Numbered from the stretch's first letter, positions 50,198 through 60,427 are shown. The stretch is 64,000 nucleotides of DNA from Candidatus Binatia bacterium (GCA_035626675.1 DASPNH010000202.1:15020-79019); one strand, 5' to 3'. A program made the numbers and translations. Notes: a model not told the origin generated them from the letters alone.

Positions 50198-51145
50198 ATG
50201 GCAAAACGCGAGCTCGAGCATACGCGTCTTCCCATCCCCAACGGCTGGTTCGCCGTGGCCTGGTCCAAGGACGTCATCGCTGGCGGCGTCAAATCGATCC
50301 ACTACTTCGACGAGGAGATGGTGCTGTTCCGCACGCGCAGCGGCGAGGCACGCGTGGTCGATGCGTACTGCGTTCATCTCGGCGCGCACCTCGGCGAAGG
50401 CGGGCGCGTGGTCGGAGATTCCCTTCGTTGCCCGTTCCACGGCTGGACTTTCGACGGGCAGACCGGCGCCTGCGTCAACATTCCGTACTGCGATCGCATC
50501 CCGGCCAAAGCTGCCGTTCGCGCGTGGCCGGTGCAGGAGAAGAACGGGATGATCTTCGTCTGGCACGACGAGAAGGGGCGCGAGCCGCATTGGGATTTCC
50601 CACTGCTTCCCGAGATCGGCCATCCCGACTGGTCCGAGCCGCGCACGTTCGACCTGGAGGTGCCGGTACACGTGCAGGACATGCACGAGAACAACAACGA
50701 CCCAGTGCACTTCCAGTTCGTGCACGGAGCGGTCGAGCCCCTGCCCTCCGACATCTCCTACGACAGCGACGGCCGCGCCTATCGCATCACCAGCGTCACC
50801 GAGCGCGCCACGCCGACGGGTACTTTCACGACACAGCTGGTGCGCGACTCGTGGGGAATCGGCCTGTCGGCCGTGCGCACGGAAGGGATTCCGCAGGCCG
50901 GGCTCCTGATGTTCTCCTCGACGACGCCGATCACCGCCGAGCGCACGCACTCGCGATGGCTGCTGACGGCCACCAACAACATGGTCGATCTCGCCGGCGA
51001 GGATTTCATGAACGGCCTGACCAGCGGCGTCATGCAGGACATGCGTATCTGGTCGAACAAGGTGCACCGCGCACGCCCGATGCTGTGCGAAGCCGACACC
51101 TACCTCGCCGAGTTCCGGCAGTGGGTGAAACAGTTCTACGTCTGA
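50198..51145 (+). CDS. Rieske non-heme iron oxygenase, KshA/Neverland-like
   Basis: CVHLGAHL...CPFH; ENNNDPVHFQFVH; DMRIWSNK...FRQWVKQFY. Confidence 0.88.
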   Translation: MAKRELEHTRLPIPNGWFAVAWSKDVIAGGVKSIHYFDEEMVLFRTRSGEARVVDAYCVHLGAHLGEGGRVVGDSLRCPFHGWTFDGQTGACVNIPYCDRIPAKAAVRAWPVQEKNGMIFVWHDEKGREPHWDFPLLPEIGHPDWSEPRTFDLEVPVHVQDMHENNNDPVHFQFVHGAVEPLPSDISYDSDGRAYRITSVTERATPTGTFTTQLVRDSWGIGLSAVRTEGIPQAGLLMFSSTTPITAERTHSRWLLTATNNMVDLAGEDFMNGLTSGVMQDMRIWSNKVHRARPMLCEADTYLAEFRQWVKQFYV

Positions 51146-51146
51146 T

Positions 51147-51201
51147 GGGGTCAGGTACTGAAAGTGCGGTTGCCGCAACCGCACTTTCAGTACCTGTCCC
51201 C
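51147..51201. repeat. 27-bp inverted repeat with 1 mismatch (palindromic element family)
   Basis: ggggtcaggtactgaaagtgcggttgc-c-gcaaccgcactttcagtacctgtcccc, 2 nt after the Rieske stop. Confidence 0.9.
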
Positions 51202-51224
51202 GCTCTTTCTTCCGGAGCGGAAGC

Positions 51225-52469
51225 ATGGATCGTCATCTCGTCGTTTCCTCCGACTGCCACGCCGGTCTTCCGGCTGCGCAGTATCGCGAATATCTGGACC
51301 CGCAGTATCGCGAGGTCTTCGACGTGGCGCTGCCCATCCAGATCTCGGAGATGGAGCGCATGTCGAAGATGTTCCTGATCTCCGACATCAACGCGCAGTG
51401 GCGCAAGGGTCGCGAAGTCGATCTTGCCGGCGCTTGGGACAGCGACGTGCGCCTTCGCGTTCTCGAGGCCGACGGCATCGCCGCCGAGATCATCTTTCCC
51501 GACGGCATCACCGAGATGAACACGCCGCCTTTCGGCGCCGGCCTATCCCTTCCCGTCGAGGACCGCATCGTGCCCGAGCTGCAGTGGGCCGGGGCGCGCG
51601 CGCACAATCGCTGGCTGGCCGAGTTCGTCGCGATGCAGCCGAAGCGCCGCGTCGGCGTGGCGCTGTGTCCCGCACTGTGGGACGTGGACGAGGCCGTGCG
51701 CGAGGTCGAATGGTGCGCCAGGAACGGCCTTCGCGGTATCCTTCTACCGTGCCTGTGGGGCCGCCTGGATGCGTATCATCATCCGAAGTTCGATCCGCTG
51801 TGGTCGGCGTGCGAGGACAATGACGTCGTCGTGCACTTCCATTCCGGCGCGGCGCCGATGGAGGACGCGTTCGGTCCCATCGCCTCTCCCGACGGCGTGC
51901 ACCGTCCCGGCGCCATGGGCATCTACATCTCCGAGGTCGTCTGGTGGTGCGCGCGTCCCCTGACGTTCCTGATCTGGGGCGGCGTGCTGGAGCGCCATCC
52001 GCGTCTGCGCGTCGCCGTCACCGAAGGCACCACGATCTGGGTGCCCGAGTATCTGACCCTTCTCGACCAGCGCTATGAGGAGACGCACTACTCGGCCAAG
52101 CTCGGCGACTACCGCAGTCACCTCTCGATGAAACCGAGCGAGTACTTCGCGCGGCACATCGCCATGGGCGCCTCGTGCATGCCCAGACGCGAGGCCGAGA
52201 TGCGCCATCGCATCGGCCTGCCCAGCATCATGTGGGGCAGCGACTTCCCGCATCCCGAAGGTTCGTGGCCGTACACCCGCGATCAGATGATCGAAACGTT
52301 TCGCGGCCTGCCCGAAGACGAGGTCGTCGCGATGCTCGGCGGCAACGCGGTGCGCTTCTACGGCCTCGACGCCGCCGCGCTCGAGCCCGTCGCCGCGCGC
52401 ATTGGCCCCGAGAAACACTGGTTCCGCGGAGAGCTGCCGCCTGACCGCATAAGGGGACTGTCCCCTTAA
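51225..52469 (+). CDS. Amidohydrolase family 2 protein
   Basis: ISSDCHAG-like start VSSDCHAG, YDPLW-like FDPLWSAC, HFHSG, MWGSDFPHPEG. Confidence 0.85.
   Translation: MDRHLVVSSDCHAGLPAAQYREYLDPQYREVFDVALPIQISEMERMSKMFLISDINAQWRKGREVDLAGAWDSDVRLRVLEADGIAAEIIFPDGITEMNTPPFGAGLSLPVEDRIVPELQWAGARAHNRWLAEFVAMQPKRRVGVALCPALWDVDEAVREVEWCARNGLRGILLPCLWGRLDAYHHPKFDPLWSACEDNDVVVHFHSGAAPMEDAFGPIASPDGVHRPGAMGIYISEVVWWCARPLTFLIWGGVLERHPRLRVAVTEGTTIWVPEYLTLLDQRYEETHYSAKLGDYRSHLSMKPSEYFARHIAMGASCMPRREAEMRHRIGLPSIMWGSDFPHPEGSWPYTRDQMIETFRGLPEDEVVAMLGGNAVRFYGLDAAALEPVAARIGPEKHWFRGELPPDRIRGLSP
52450..52468. repeat. Palindrome taaggggac-t-gtcccctta overlapping the amidohydrolase stop
   Basis: Perfect 9-bp arms; same core as 45993-46013. 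Confidence 0.75.
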
Positions 52470-52478
52470 AAAAGGAGA

Positions 52479-53282
52479 ATGACGATGAGCAAGCTCCGTT
52501 ACGTCAAGACGCCAGAGCAGGTCGAGAAGGCGCGCAACGCCAATCCCGAGTTCCTCGCCAGCACGGTGCGCTCGCTGCGCTTCGTCTATGAGACCGACGC
52601 GGCCGTCGCGCGTGCGCTCGTGCCCAAGCCGCTGGAGGTCGGGCCGGAGCCACAGATCTGCGTGACGTTCTCGAACGTGGCCATCCATCTCTCGCCCGAC
52701 TTCACGTTCGAGATCGGCTCGGCGATCTTCGGCGTCAAGACGACCTACGAAGGCGTCGACGGCATCTACCTCGTCACCATGCCGATGACGACGGAGCAGG
52801 CGGTGGTGCCGGGACGCGAGACCTACGGCGAGCCGAAGAAGATCGCCCAGATCGAGTTCAAGAAGGACGGCGACAACGTCGCCAGCGAAGTCACGCGCAT
52901 GGGGATCACCTATCTCGAAGGCCTCGGCCGCATCGGCGCCGAGCTCGGCCCGCGCGAGTTCGTCGAGCACGGCTACTGCTACAAGGCCATGCCTGCGTGC
53001 GAGAAGACCCGAGCCTTCGACGGCGATCCGCTGCTGGTCCGGCTGGAGTGGCGGCACAAGCACAAGAACGCCTGGCGCCTCGAAGACGCGACGCTGAACC
53101 TCTACGACTCGCCGTTCGACCCCGTCGCCGACGTGCCCGTGCGCCGCCTGCTGCTGGCCGAGTACGAGGAAGGCACGGCGCAGAGCAACGGCAAGGTCCT
53201 GCGCAGCGTACCGGGCGACTGGCTCACCCCGTTCCTGCACCAGCGCTACGACGACACCTCCGGCGACGGCATCGAGGTCTGA
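52479..53282 (+). CDS. Acetoacetate decarboxylase family protein
   Basis: AGGAG RBS; YETD...LVPKPL, GRETYGEPKK with the Schiff-base Lys motif. Confidence 0.85.
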   Translation: MTMSKLRYVKTPEQVEKARNANPEFLASTVRSLRFVYETDAAVARALVPKPLEVGPEPQICVTFSNVAIHLSPDFTFEIGSAIFGVKTTYEGVDGIYLVTMPMTTEQAVVPGRETYGEPKKIAQIEFKKDGDNVASEVTRMGITYLEGLGRIGAELGPREFVEHGYCYKAMPACEKTRAFDGDPLLVRLEWRHKHKNAWRLEDATLNLYDSPFDPVADVPVRRLLLAEYEEGTAQSNGKVLRSVPGDWLTPFLHQRYDDTSGDGIEV

Positions 53283-53285
53283 GCG

Positions 53286-54158
53286 ATGAAGGATCTACGT
53301 GGAAAGACCGCCGTCGTCACCGGCGGCGCAAGCGGCATCGGCCGCGCACTGTGCGACGTCTTCGCACGCGAAGGCATGAAGGTCGTGGTCGCCGACGTCG
53401 AACAGGGTGCGCTCGATCAGGCGGTGGCCGAGCTGCGCGACCGGGACGTCGACGCCATCGGCGTACGCACCGATGTCACCTCGTTCGAATCGGTGCAGGC
53501 GCTCGAGCATGCCGCCGTCGAGGCCTTCGGCAAGGTGCACGTGCTGGTCAACAACGCCGGCGTCGGCGCGCACGAGGACGTGCCGATGTGGGAGCTGCCG
53601 CTGAACGACTGGCGCTGGTGCATGAACGTGAATGTCTGGGGCGTCATCCACGGCATCAAGGCGTTTCTGCCGGGAATGATCGCGCACGGCGAGGAAGGCC
53701 ACGTCGTCAACACGTCCTCGGGCAACGGCGGGCTCATCCTGATCCCGACCACGCCGATCTATTCGGCCACCAAGGCGGCCGTCAGCGCCATCACCGAAAG
53801 CCTGCATCTGCAGCTGACGATGCAGGGATCGGCGATCCACGCGCACGTGCTGTACCCGGGCCCGCACATCGTCGCTTCCAACATCTTCACCGCGGCGCGC
53901 AACCGGCCCTCCGAGCTGACTCGCGAAGTGCCGCAGGTCGCGCCGGCCGTCACGCTCGAAAGCCTCGGGCAGATGTTCGAGGCGATGGGGCGCAAGCTCG
54001 AGACGACCTCGCCGGCGCAGGTGGCCGAGCATGCCCTGGAGGGCATCCGTGCCGATGCGTTCTACATCCTGCCGTGGACCGAGGATGGACGGGTGCGGTA
54101 TCGCGAACGCGTCGACGGCATCCTGGAAGCAAAGAACCCGCAGCCTCGATTCTTCTGA
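53286..54158 (+). CDS. SDR family oxidoreductase
   Basis: TGGASGIG, NNAGV, VVNTSS, YSATK. Confidence 0.92.
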   Translation: MKDLRGKTAVVTGGASGIGRALCDVFAREGMKVVVADVEQGALDQAVAELRDRDVDAIGVRTDVTSFESVQALEHAAVEAFGKVHVLVNNAGVGAHEDVPMWELPLNDWRWCMNVNVWGVIHGIKAFLPGMIAHGEEGHVVNTSSGNGGLILIPTTPIYSATKAAVSAITESLHLQLTMQGSAIHAHVLYPGPHIVASNIFTAARNRPSELTREVPQVAPAVTLESLGQMFEAMGRKLETTSPAQVAEHALEGIRADAFYILPWTEDGRVRYRERVDGILEAKNPQPRFF

Positions 54159-54191
54159 GCGAAGAGGCCGCGATGGAGAGCGACGCCGGGC

Positions 54192-54305
54192 GCCGAAGGC
54201 CGTTCTTCCGTGGGACGGCCGTGCCGAAAAGCGTTCTTCCGTGGGACGGCCGTGCCGGAGGGCGTTCTTCCGCGGACGGCCCGCTGAGAAAGGCCGTTCT
54301 CCCGC
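54192..54305. repeat. Degenerate ~31-bp tandem repeat x3.5 downstream of the SDR gene
   Basis: gccgaaggccgttcttccgtgggacggccgt (54192), gccgaaaagcgttcttccgtgggacggccgt (54223), a more diverged copy at 54254 and a partial copy at about 54286. Confidence 0.8.
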
Positions 54306-54420
54306 GCCGACCGCAGGCAGTGCGACTGGACCCGCCCGCGTTCCCTGTGACAATCTGTCCCGGCAGCTCGATCCCGAGCTCGCCTGATCTCCAACGTCTC
54401 TCGCAAAGGAGAACCTCAGC

Positions 54421-54798
54421 ATGCAGTTCCTGCGTCCCTACGGAGACATCGCCTATGCGCTGCTGCGCATCGTCACCGGTTTCCTGTTCGCGTGTCACGG
54501 AGCCCAGAAGCTGTTCGGATGGTGGGTGACCGAGGCGCGCGAGATGCCCGCGTTCGTCCAGTACGGCGCCGGCGCAATCGAGCTGATCGGCGGGCTGCTG
54601 GTGATGGTCGGCTTCCAGACCTCGCTGGCGGCATTCCTCTGCAGCGGAACGATGGCGGTGGCCTATTTCCTGGCACATCAGAAGGACGGTCTGCTTCCGA
54701 TCCAGAATCACGGCGAGCCGGCCGCTCTGTACGCGTTCGTGTTTCTGTATCTGGCAACGCGCGGCGACGGACGCCTGAGCATCGGCGGCGGCGTATGA
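54421..54798 (+). CDS. DoxX family membrane protein
   Basis: AGGAG RBS; LLRIVTGFLFACHGAQKLFG, GAIELIGGLL, MAVAYF. Confidence 0.88.
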   Translation: MQFLRPYGDIAYALLRIVTGFLFACHGAQKLFGWWVTEAREMPAFVQYGAGAIELIGGLLVMVGFQTSLAAFLCSGTMAVAYFLAHQKDGLLPIQNHGEPAALYAFVFLYLATRGDGRLSIGGGV

Positions 54799-54961
54799 TC
54801 CGGCGGCGCCGCGACGGCCGCCGGAACATCAGGCTTGGTGCAGTCTGACGGCGCGCGGCGACGCGCGCTAGGGCATCAGCGGTGCCCTAAGAGCCGGACG
54901 AATTGCGGCTGACGCCGTCGGCGCGCGACCAAGCGATGCTCCAAGGAGAGCCGCGCGCGTT

Positions 54962-55522
54962 TCAATCGGGCATGTGCTGCTCGCCGGGCTTGTCGAGCCA
55001 GAACCTGGTGTAGTCGTCGATGGTCGCGAGCTTTCGCGGATCGCGGATGCGATCGAGGAAGAGCACGCCCTGCAGATGGTCGAGCTCGTGCTGGAAAACC
55101 GTGGCCAGAAAGCCCTCGGCCTCGATGGACTGCGGCTCGGCGTTCAGGTCCAGATAGTCGACGCGCACGTGGCGCGGCCGCCATACCTCGCCGCGCATGT
55201 TCGGCACCGACAGACAGCCTTCCCAGTAGCCCTGCTCGGCGCGATTCAGGACGCGGATACGCGGGTTGATGATGACGGAAAGGTCGAAGGGCTTCGAGTG
55301 CGGATAGCGCTCGGAGTCCACGTCGATCTGGATCACCGCAAGCTGGAGCGACTCGCCGATCTGCGGAGCCGCGATGCCGATGCCGTCCTCGTGGTGCATC
55401 GTGTCGATCATGTCCTCGACGAGGGCGCGGGTCTGTTCGGAGCGTATCTCGACGGGCGTCAGGTCGCGCGCAACCTGTCGCAGCACGGGATTGCCGATTG
55501 TCATGACGGGGCGAATGGCCAT
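54962..55522 (-). CDS. def: Peptide deformylase
   Basis: GNPVLR, GIGIAAPQIG, EGCLS, QHELDHLQG. Confidence 0.95.
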   Translation of the reverse strand: MAIRPVMTIGNPVLRQVARDLTPVEIRSEQTRALVEDMIDTMHHEDGIGIAAPQIGESLQLAVIQIDVDSERYPHSKPFDLSVIINPRIRVLNRAEQGYWEGCLSVPNMRGEVWRPRHVRVDYLDLNAEPQSIEAEGFLATVFQHELDHLQGVLFLDRIRDPRKLATIDDYTRFWLDKPGEQHMPD

Positions 55523-55607
55523 GCGGCAACCTAACCTTCCCGCCGCTCCACTCAAGCCGCGCAGAAGAGGAAGACCCGGCGGGCTCGCGCGCGGCGCAGC
55601 CCGCGCG

Positions 55608-56708
55608 TCAGTTGGCGGGCAGGCGAAGCCGCTCGTCGAACCAGGCCAGGATCGAGTCGTTCTCCTCACGCGGATAGGTGTGCGAGAGGTTGTCGATGGG
55701 GCGGTAGACCAGTTCGGCGCCGGCCTCCTGAAGGTGCGTGCTGGCGGCGTCGGCCAGCTCGACCGGGAACATCCAGTCGAGCTTTCCGTGCACCAGATAG
55801 ATCTTCCTGCCGCGAGCCCGCGTCATGTTGCCGTTGGCGAAGTTGGCCGGATGCAGGACGCCCGACACCGGCGCAAGGTGCGTGTACGGCGCGCCGTCGG
55901 CGAGACCTTCGAGCAGCGCATAGGTTGCGCCGTCCGAAAGGCCCGTCAGCAGGACGTGGCTGCGATCGAGCCTCCATCGCGAAGCCACGTACTCGACCAT
56001 CGCGCGCAGCGATGCCGAGTCGACGTCGGGGCCCGCAAGCGACCAGGTCGAGCCCCGAGCGGTTGCCGCGGCGAGCAGGAAGCGACGCCCGCGCGCCTCG
56101 CGCAGCCATGACCACAGAAAATCGCGGCCGTTGCCCGAGCCGCCGTGCAGCGCGATGACCAGGGGCCAATCGGCGCCGCCGTCGTAACTTTCCGGAACGT
56201 AGAGGCAGAAGCCGCCGCGCGAGTCGGCGCCGCGCTCACCGCCCGTATGATGGAGGCCGACCGAGATGCCCTCGGGCGGCTCCTTCTCGAGCGACTCGAG
56301 CCTGTCGTGGAACGGAGGCTCGACGAAGAAGCGACTGAGCGGCGGAAACCGGTGCAGGCTGTAGAGCGTCTCGCACGCGCGGCAGAACGTGCGCAGGCTG
56401 GTCATGATGCGGAAGATCGCCTGGCCCGGATCGCTAGGCGACACGAACATGTCGAGGGCCCGATGCGTAAGGTCCGCGCCCTCGGCGAAACGCTCGTGGA
56501 ACGACTCGAGCGGGGCCGGCGGGACTTGCTTGCGATAGGCTTCGAGGGATTGCGCGAGCTCCTCGCAATGCGGCTGGAGCCATTCGCGCAGGCGCTGCAT
56601 TTCGGGCGGATGCAGGAAGCGCGCAGCCGCTTCCATCGCACCGAGCGCGGAGAGCGTGGCCACGCCGACGCTGCTCAGGGCGTGCTGGTATTCCTCGGTC
56701 ATCTGCAT
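55608..56708 (-). CDS. Phospholipase/carboxylesterase family protein
   Basis: LHGGSGNG, GLSDG nucleophile elbow, HGKLDWMFP, LSHTYPREEN. Confidence 0.75.
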   Translation of the reverse strand: MQMTEEYQHALSSVGVATLSALGAMEAAARFLHPPEMQRLREWLQPHCEELAQSLEAYRKQVPPAPLESFHERFAEGADLTHRALDMFVSPSDPGQAIFRIMTSLRTFCRACETLYSLHRFPPLSRFFVEPPFHDRLESLEKEPPEGISVGLHHTGGERGADSRGGFCLYVPESYDGGADWPLVIALHGGSGNGRDFLWSWLREARGRRFLLAAATARGSTWSLAGPDVDSASLRAMVEYVASRWRLDRSHVLLTGLSDGATYALLEGLADGAPYTHLAPVSGVLHPANFANGNMTRARGRKIYLVHGKLDWMFPVELADAASTHLQEAGAELVYRPIDNLSHTYPREENDSILAWFDERLRLPAN

Positions 56709-56851
56709 GGAGACGGCGCGAGCCTAGGCCATTTGCGCGCCCCGGGGAAGGCGGCGGTCTGCGCCAGACACGGGCTGTCACGGTACGGGGACCCGCTCGA
56801 ATAGGTCGCCCGGGCGTAACGTCGGTGCTATTCGATCCATCTCAGGAGTTC

Positions 56852-59272
56852 ATGACTGCAATCCAGACCACACCGAGCCCCCGGGCCAGGTCGAGCGTCT
56901 CCGGGCCGATCGTGCGGGCACTGCTCGTTTGCGCTGCACTCGCGCTGCCTTCGGCCGCCCCGGCCCAGCCGGTCAAGGGTAACTACGCAACTGCCGAGCT
57001 TCTGAGCGAGACGCGCACCGCGCAGCCCGGCACCCCCCTGGCGCTCGGAATCCGCATCGTCCCCGAGCACGGCTGGCACACCTACTGGACCAATCCAGGC
57101 CAAACCGGCCTTGCCGCGCGCGTGAAGTGGTCGCTGCCGCCGGGATTTTCCGCTGGCGAGCTGCAGTGGCCTCACCCCGATCGCATCGGAAAGCCGCCGT
57201 ACGTCGGCTACGGCTACAAGGGCGATCTGACGCTGCTGGCCACGGTCGATGTACCGAGCAGCGCACCGCGCGGCGAGAATCTCGCCATCGCCGCCAACGT
57301 CAGCTGGCTGGTCTGCCGCGAGGACGCCTGTGTTCCGGGCAAGGCCGATCTTGCCCTCGACGTGCCGGTCAGCGATGCGCCGCCACAACCGGATGCGACG
57401 GTTGCCGCGCTGTTCCGCGCCGTTCGCCATCGCGTACCTCGCGCTCTCGACCAGTACCGTGCGCGCCTGATCGATGGCGCAGATTCGATCGTCCTGAAGC
57501 TGGACGGACCTGCCGGCGATTATCCTTCCACACAGGATGTCGAGGTCTTTCCGGTCGACTTCAACGTCGTCGACGAGAACGTCGCGGCGGTAGCCAGGGC
57601 AACCGATCGCGGTCTGGAAGTCGTCATGCGAAAGCGTGCCGGCGCCAAGGCGCTGCCGGCGACGGTCCGAGCGGTCGTCGTGGCACGCAATGGCTGGGAC
57701 GCTGCCGGCAAGGTGCCGGCCATCGAGGTCGCCGCTCCCGTCACTGCCGCGGCATCTCCGTCTTTCGACGCGAACGTTGGTGGTGCTGCCGGCGGCAGCG
57801 GCGCCATGCACGATGCCGCTTCGCCCGCTGCGCCGCTTGGCACGGCAGGTACATCGGCCGCTGCTCGTGCTGCCAGCGCGCCGCCTGACGCGGCGGATGA
57901 TGTTGCCACTCGGCCTGCTGGCGCTGCGCCGCTTCACGCAGCAGATACTCCCGCTGATCGTTCCGCCAGCGCGCCGCTTCGCGCGGCCGACACGAGCGCC
58001 GCCGCTTCGGCCGTCCCCGAAGCGGAGAAGGTCACGCTCCTCGTCGCGCTGGCCCTCGCATTCGCGGGCGGCCTTATCCTGAACCTGATGCCCTGCGTGT
58101 TCCCGGTCCTGTCGCTGAAGATCCTGGGCTTCGTCCATATCGCGCACGCTACCTCCGCCAAGGTACGGCGTCACGGATACGTGTTCGCCGCAGGAGTGAT
58201 CGTCTCGTTCTGGATCATGGCCGGCATGCTGCTGCTCGTTCGCGCCGGCGGGGAAGCGATGGGCTGGGGTTTCCAGCTCCAGGAACCGGGTTTCGTGGCG
58301 GTGCTGGCGCTGCTGCTCTTCGCGATGGCGCTGAACCTGCTCGGGATCTTTGCCATCGGAAGCCTGGTGCCGAGCGCGGCCGGCCGCTTCGATTCCCACG
58401 ACGGCTACCGAGGATCCTTTTTCAGCGGCGTGCTCGCGACCGTACTGGCAACGCCATGCACCGCGCCGTTCATGGGCGCCGCGCTCGGCTTCGCGATGGC
58501 GCAACCACCGATGATCGCCATGGCCGTCTTCACCGCGCTCGGCGCGGGCATGGCCGCTCCCTACGTGCTGCTGTCCTGCATGCCCGCTCTGCTGCGGCGC
58601 CTTCCGCGTCCCGGCGAGTGGATGGAAACGTTCCGCCAGGCGATGGCCTTTCCGCTGCTCGCAACGGTGCTGTGGCTGGTGTGGGTGTTCGGGCAGCAGG
58701 TCGGCAACGACGGCGTGCTTCGCCTGCTGTCGGGTTTTCTGCTGATCGGCGTCGCGGCCTGGATCGGCGGTCGCTTTGGGCCAGCGCCTCTTGCTGCCCT
58801 CGGACGAATGTTCGCGCGCGGAGCCACGGCCACGGCGCTGGTCGCGGGCGTCGCGCTGGTGGCATCGGCAGCCTCGCTGCCCACTGCGATCGAATGCGCG
58901 GCGGCGGGCGAGGACCCGAGCGGCGTTGCGTGGACACCGTACGATGCAGGCAGGCTGGCCGAGCTTCGCGCGCAGGGCCGGCCCGTCTTCGTCGATTTCA
59001 CCGCGGACTGGTGCCTGTCGTGCAAGGTCAACGAACGCGTGGCGCTGCAGTCGCCCGCGGTGCAGAGCCGGCTGCGCGAGCTCGACGTCGTGGCGATGAA
59101 GGGCGACTGGACGCGCGGGGATCCGGAGGTCACCCGTGCCCTCCAATCGTTCGGTCGCAACGGCGTGCCGCTGTACGTGCTGTATCCACGGGGCGAGGGA
59201 AGCCAGCCCGTGCTGCTGCCGAGCATCCTGACGCCGGACATCGTCCTCCAGGCGCTCTCTGGCGCAGCCTGA
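56852..59272 (+). CDS. dsbD: Protein-disulfide reductase DsbD family (DsbD-N, TM domain, thioredoxin)
   Basis: GWHTYWTNPG, CREDAC, ILNLMPCVFPVLSLK, LATPCTAP, DFTADWCLSCKVNE, GVPLYVLYP. Start ATG 56852 (AGGAG RBS) or GTG 56825. Confidence 0.88.
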   Translation: MTAIQTTPSPRARSSVSGPIVRALLVCAALALPSAAPAQPVKGNYATAELLSETRTAQPGTPLALGIRIVPEHGWHTYWTNPGQTGLAARVKWSLPPGFSAGELQWPHPDRIGKPPYVGYGYKGDLTLLATVDVPSSAPRGENLAIAANVSWLVCREDACVPGKADLALDVPVSDAPPQPDATVAALFRAVRHRVPRALDQYRARLIDGADSIVLKLDGPAGDYPSTQDVEVFPVDFNVVDENVAAVARATDRGLEVVMRKRAGAKALPATVRAVVVARNGWDAAGKVPAIEVAAPVTAAASPSFDANVGGAAGGSGAMHDAASPAAPLGTAGTSAAARAASAPPDAADDVATRPAGAAPLHAADTPADRSASAPLRAADTSAAASAVPEAEKVTLLVALALAFAGGLILNLMPCVFPVLSLKILGFVHIAHATSAKVRRHGYVFAAGVIVSFWIMAGMLLLVRAGGEAMGWGFQLQEPGFVAVLALLLFAMALNLLGIFAIGSLVPSAAGRFDSHDGYRGSFFSGVLATVLATPCTAPFMGAALGFAMAQPPMIAMAVFTALGAGMAAPYVLLSCMPALLRRLPRPGEWMETFRQAMAFPLLATVLWLVWVFGQQVGNDGVLRLLSGFLLIGVAAWIGGRFGPAPLAALGRMFARGATATALVAGVALVASAASLPTAIECAAAGEDPSGVAWTPYDAGRLAELRAQGRPVFVDFTADWCLSCKVNERVALQSPAVQSRLRELDVVAMKGDWTRGDPEVTRALQSFGRNGVPLYVLYPRGEGSQPVLLPSILTPDIVLQALSGAA

Positions 59273-59275
59273 GCG

Positions 59276-60145
59276 CTACGACAGCTTCAGCACCCGCAGC
59301 GCGTTCTCGCGCAGGAACTTCGGCCAGACGTGGTCGCGAAACGGCACGTCGGGCATGTCGGTAAAGATACGCTCGAGGGACAGCCCCATCGGGAAGTAAC
59401 CCGCGTACAGTATCTTGTCGGCGCCGCGGGTGTTGGCGAAGTCGATGATGGCCTTGGGGTAGTACTTGGGCGCGAACGCACTCGTCGAATAATAGAGGTT
59501 CGGGTACTTGAGCATCAGCTTGACCATCAGGTCGGTCCACGGCTCGCAGCCGTGGCGGGTCACGAACTTGAGCTCGGGAAAGAACCAGCAGACCTCGTCG
59601 ATCAGCTCCACGTGCTGGCAGGCGGCCGGAACGCGCGGACCCGGGATACCGGCACAGACGAAGATCGGAATGTCCAGATCGACGCACGCCGCATAGATGG
59701 GGAAGAACTTCTTGTCGTTGATCGGGACCTGCGGAACACAGCCGGCGGGAAATGCCGTTGCCGCCTTGGCGCCCAGTTCCTGCACCGCACGGCGCAGATC
59801 GCGCACTCCTTCCATGCCCAGATTGGGCTCGACGGCGTAGCTGCCGATGAAGCGGTCCGGGTGCTCGCGCAGCGCCCGCGCGCCCAGCGGGTTGCCGAAG
59901 CGCACGCTGATCATCGCCTTCTCGATGCCGTACTTGTCCATCTCGTCGAGCGCGATACCGAGGTAGTCGTCGGACTCGCGCACCGTCGGCACCGCCTTGA
60001 ACATGTACTCGGCGGGGAACTTGAAGAGCTCGCGGCTTTCCTGGTCCATGAGCAGCGGCTTCATGAAGTCGTACCAGGTACCCCGATCATCGGTGGGCAG
60101 CTCGAGCATGAGATCGATGACGCCGATGTCTTTCGGCATGGCCAT
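59276..60145 (-). CDS. Amidohydrolase family 2 protein
   Basis: FFPIYAACVDLDIP, RHGCEPW, YSTSAFAPKY, KILYAGYFP. Confidence 0.85.
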   Translation of the reverse strand: MAMPKDIGVIDLMLELPTDDRGTWYDFMKPLLMDQESRELFKFPAEYMFKAVPTVRESDDYLGIALDEMDKYGIEKAMISVRFGNPLGARALREHPDRFIGSYAVEPNLGMEGVRDLRRAVQELGAKAATAFPAGCVPQVPINDKKFFPIYAACVDLDIPIFVCAGIPGPRVPAACQHVELIDEVCWFFPELKFVTRHGCEPWTDLMVKLMLKYPNLYYSTSAFAPKYYPKAIIDFANTRGADKILYAGYFPMGLSLERIFTDMPDVPFRDHVWPKFLRENALRVLKLS

Positions 60146-60427
60146 GGGACGTCCTCCTGGAGCGCGGATCCGCGAAACGACGAAATTCCGGCGGCAACGA
60201 CGCGGCAGGGCGCGAAACTAGAACACATCCCACCAGCGGGCAACCTCGCGACGCATTGCGTCCTACCGGCACGTGGGGGACGGGCGCTAGGTCCGGCGCC
60301 GCATGGCTCCGTCGACGAGCACCGGCGGCGACTTTTCGTGGCCGCGAGCATTGGATGGGCTGCAGCGAGCGCGTAAGCTTCGCAGGCCCGGCGCCGTCGG
60401 GCGCATTCCAATGCAGGAGACGCCTTC

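Noticed and set aside
54192-54305. Possible mini-CRISPR array (31-bp palindromic repeats)
   Set aside because: Repeats abut with no unique spacers, and no cas genes are in the window. The same applies to the arrays at 14166, 24735 and 49405.
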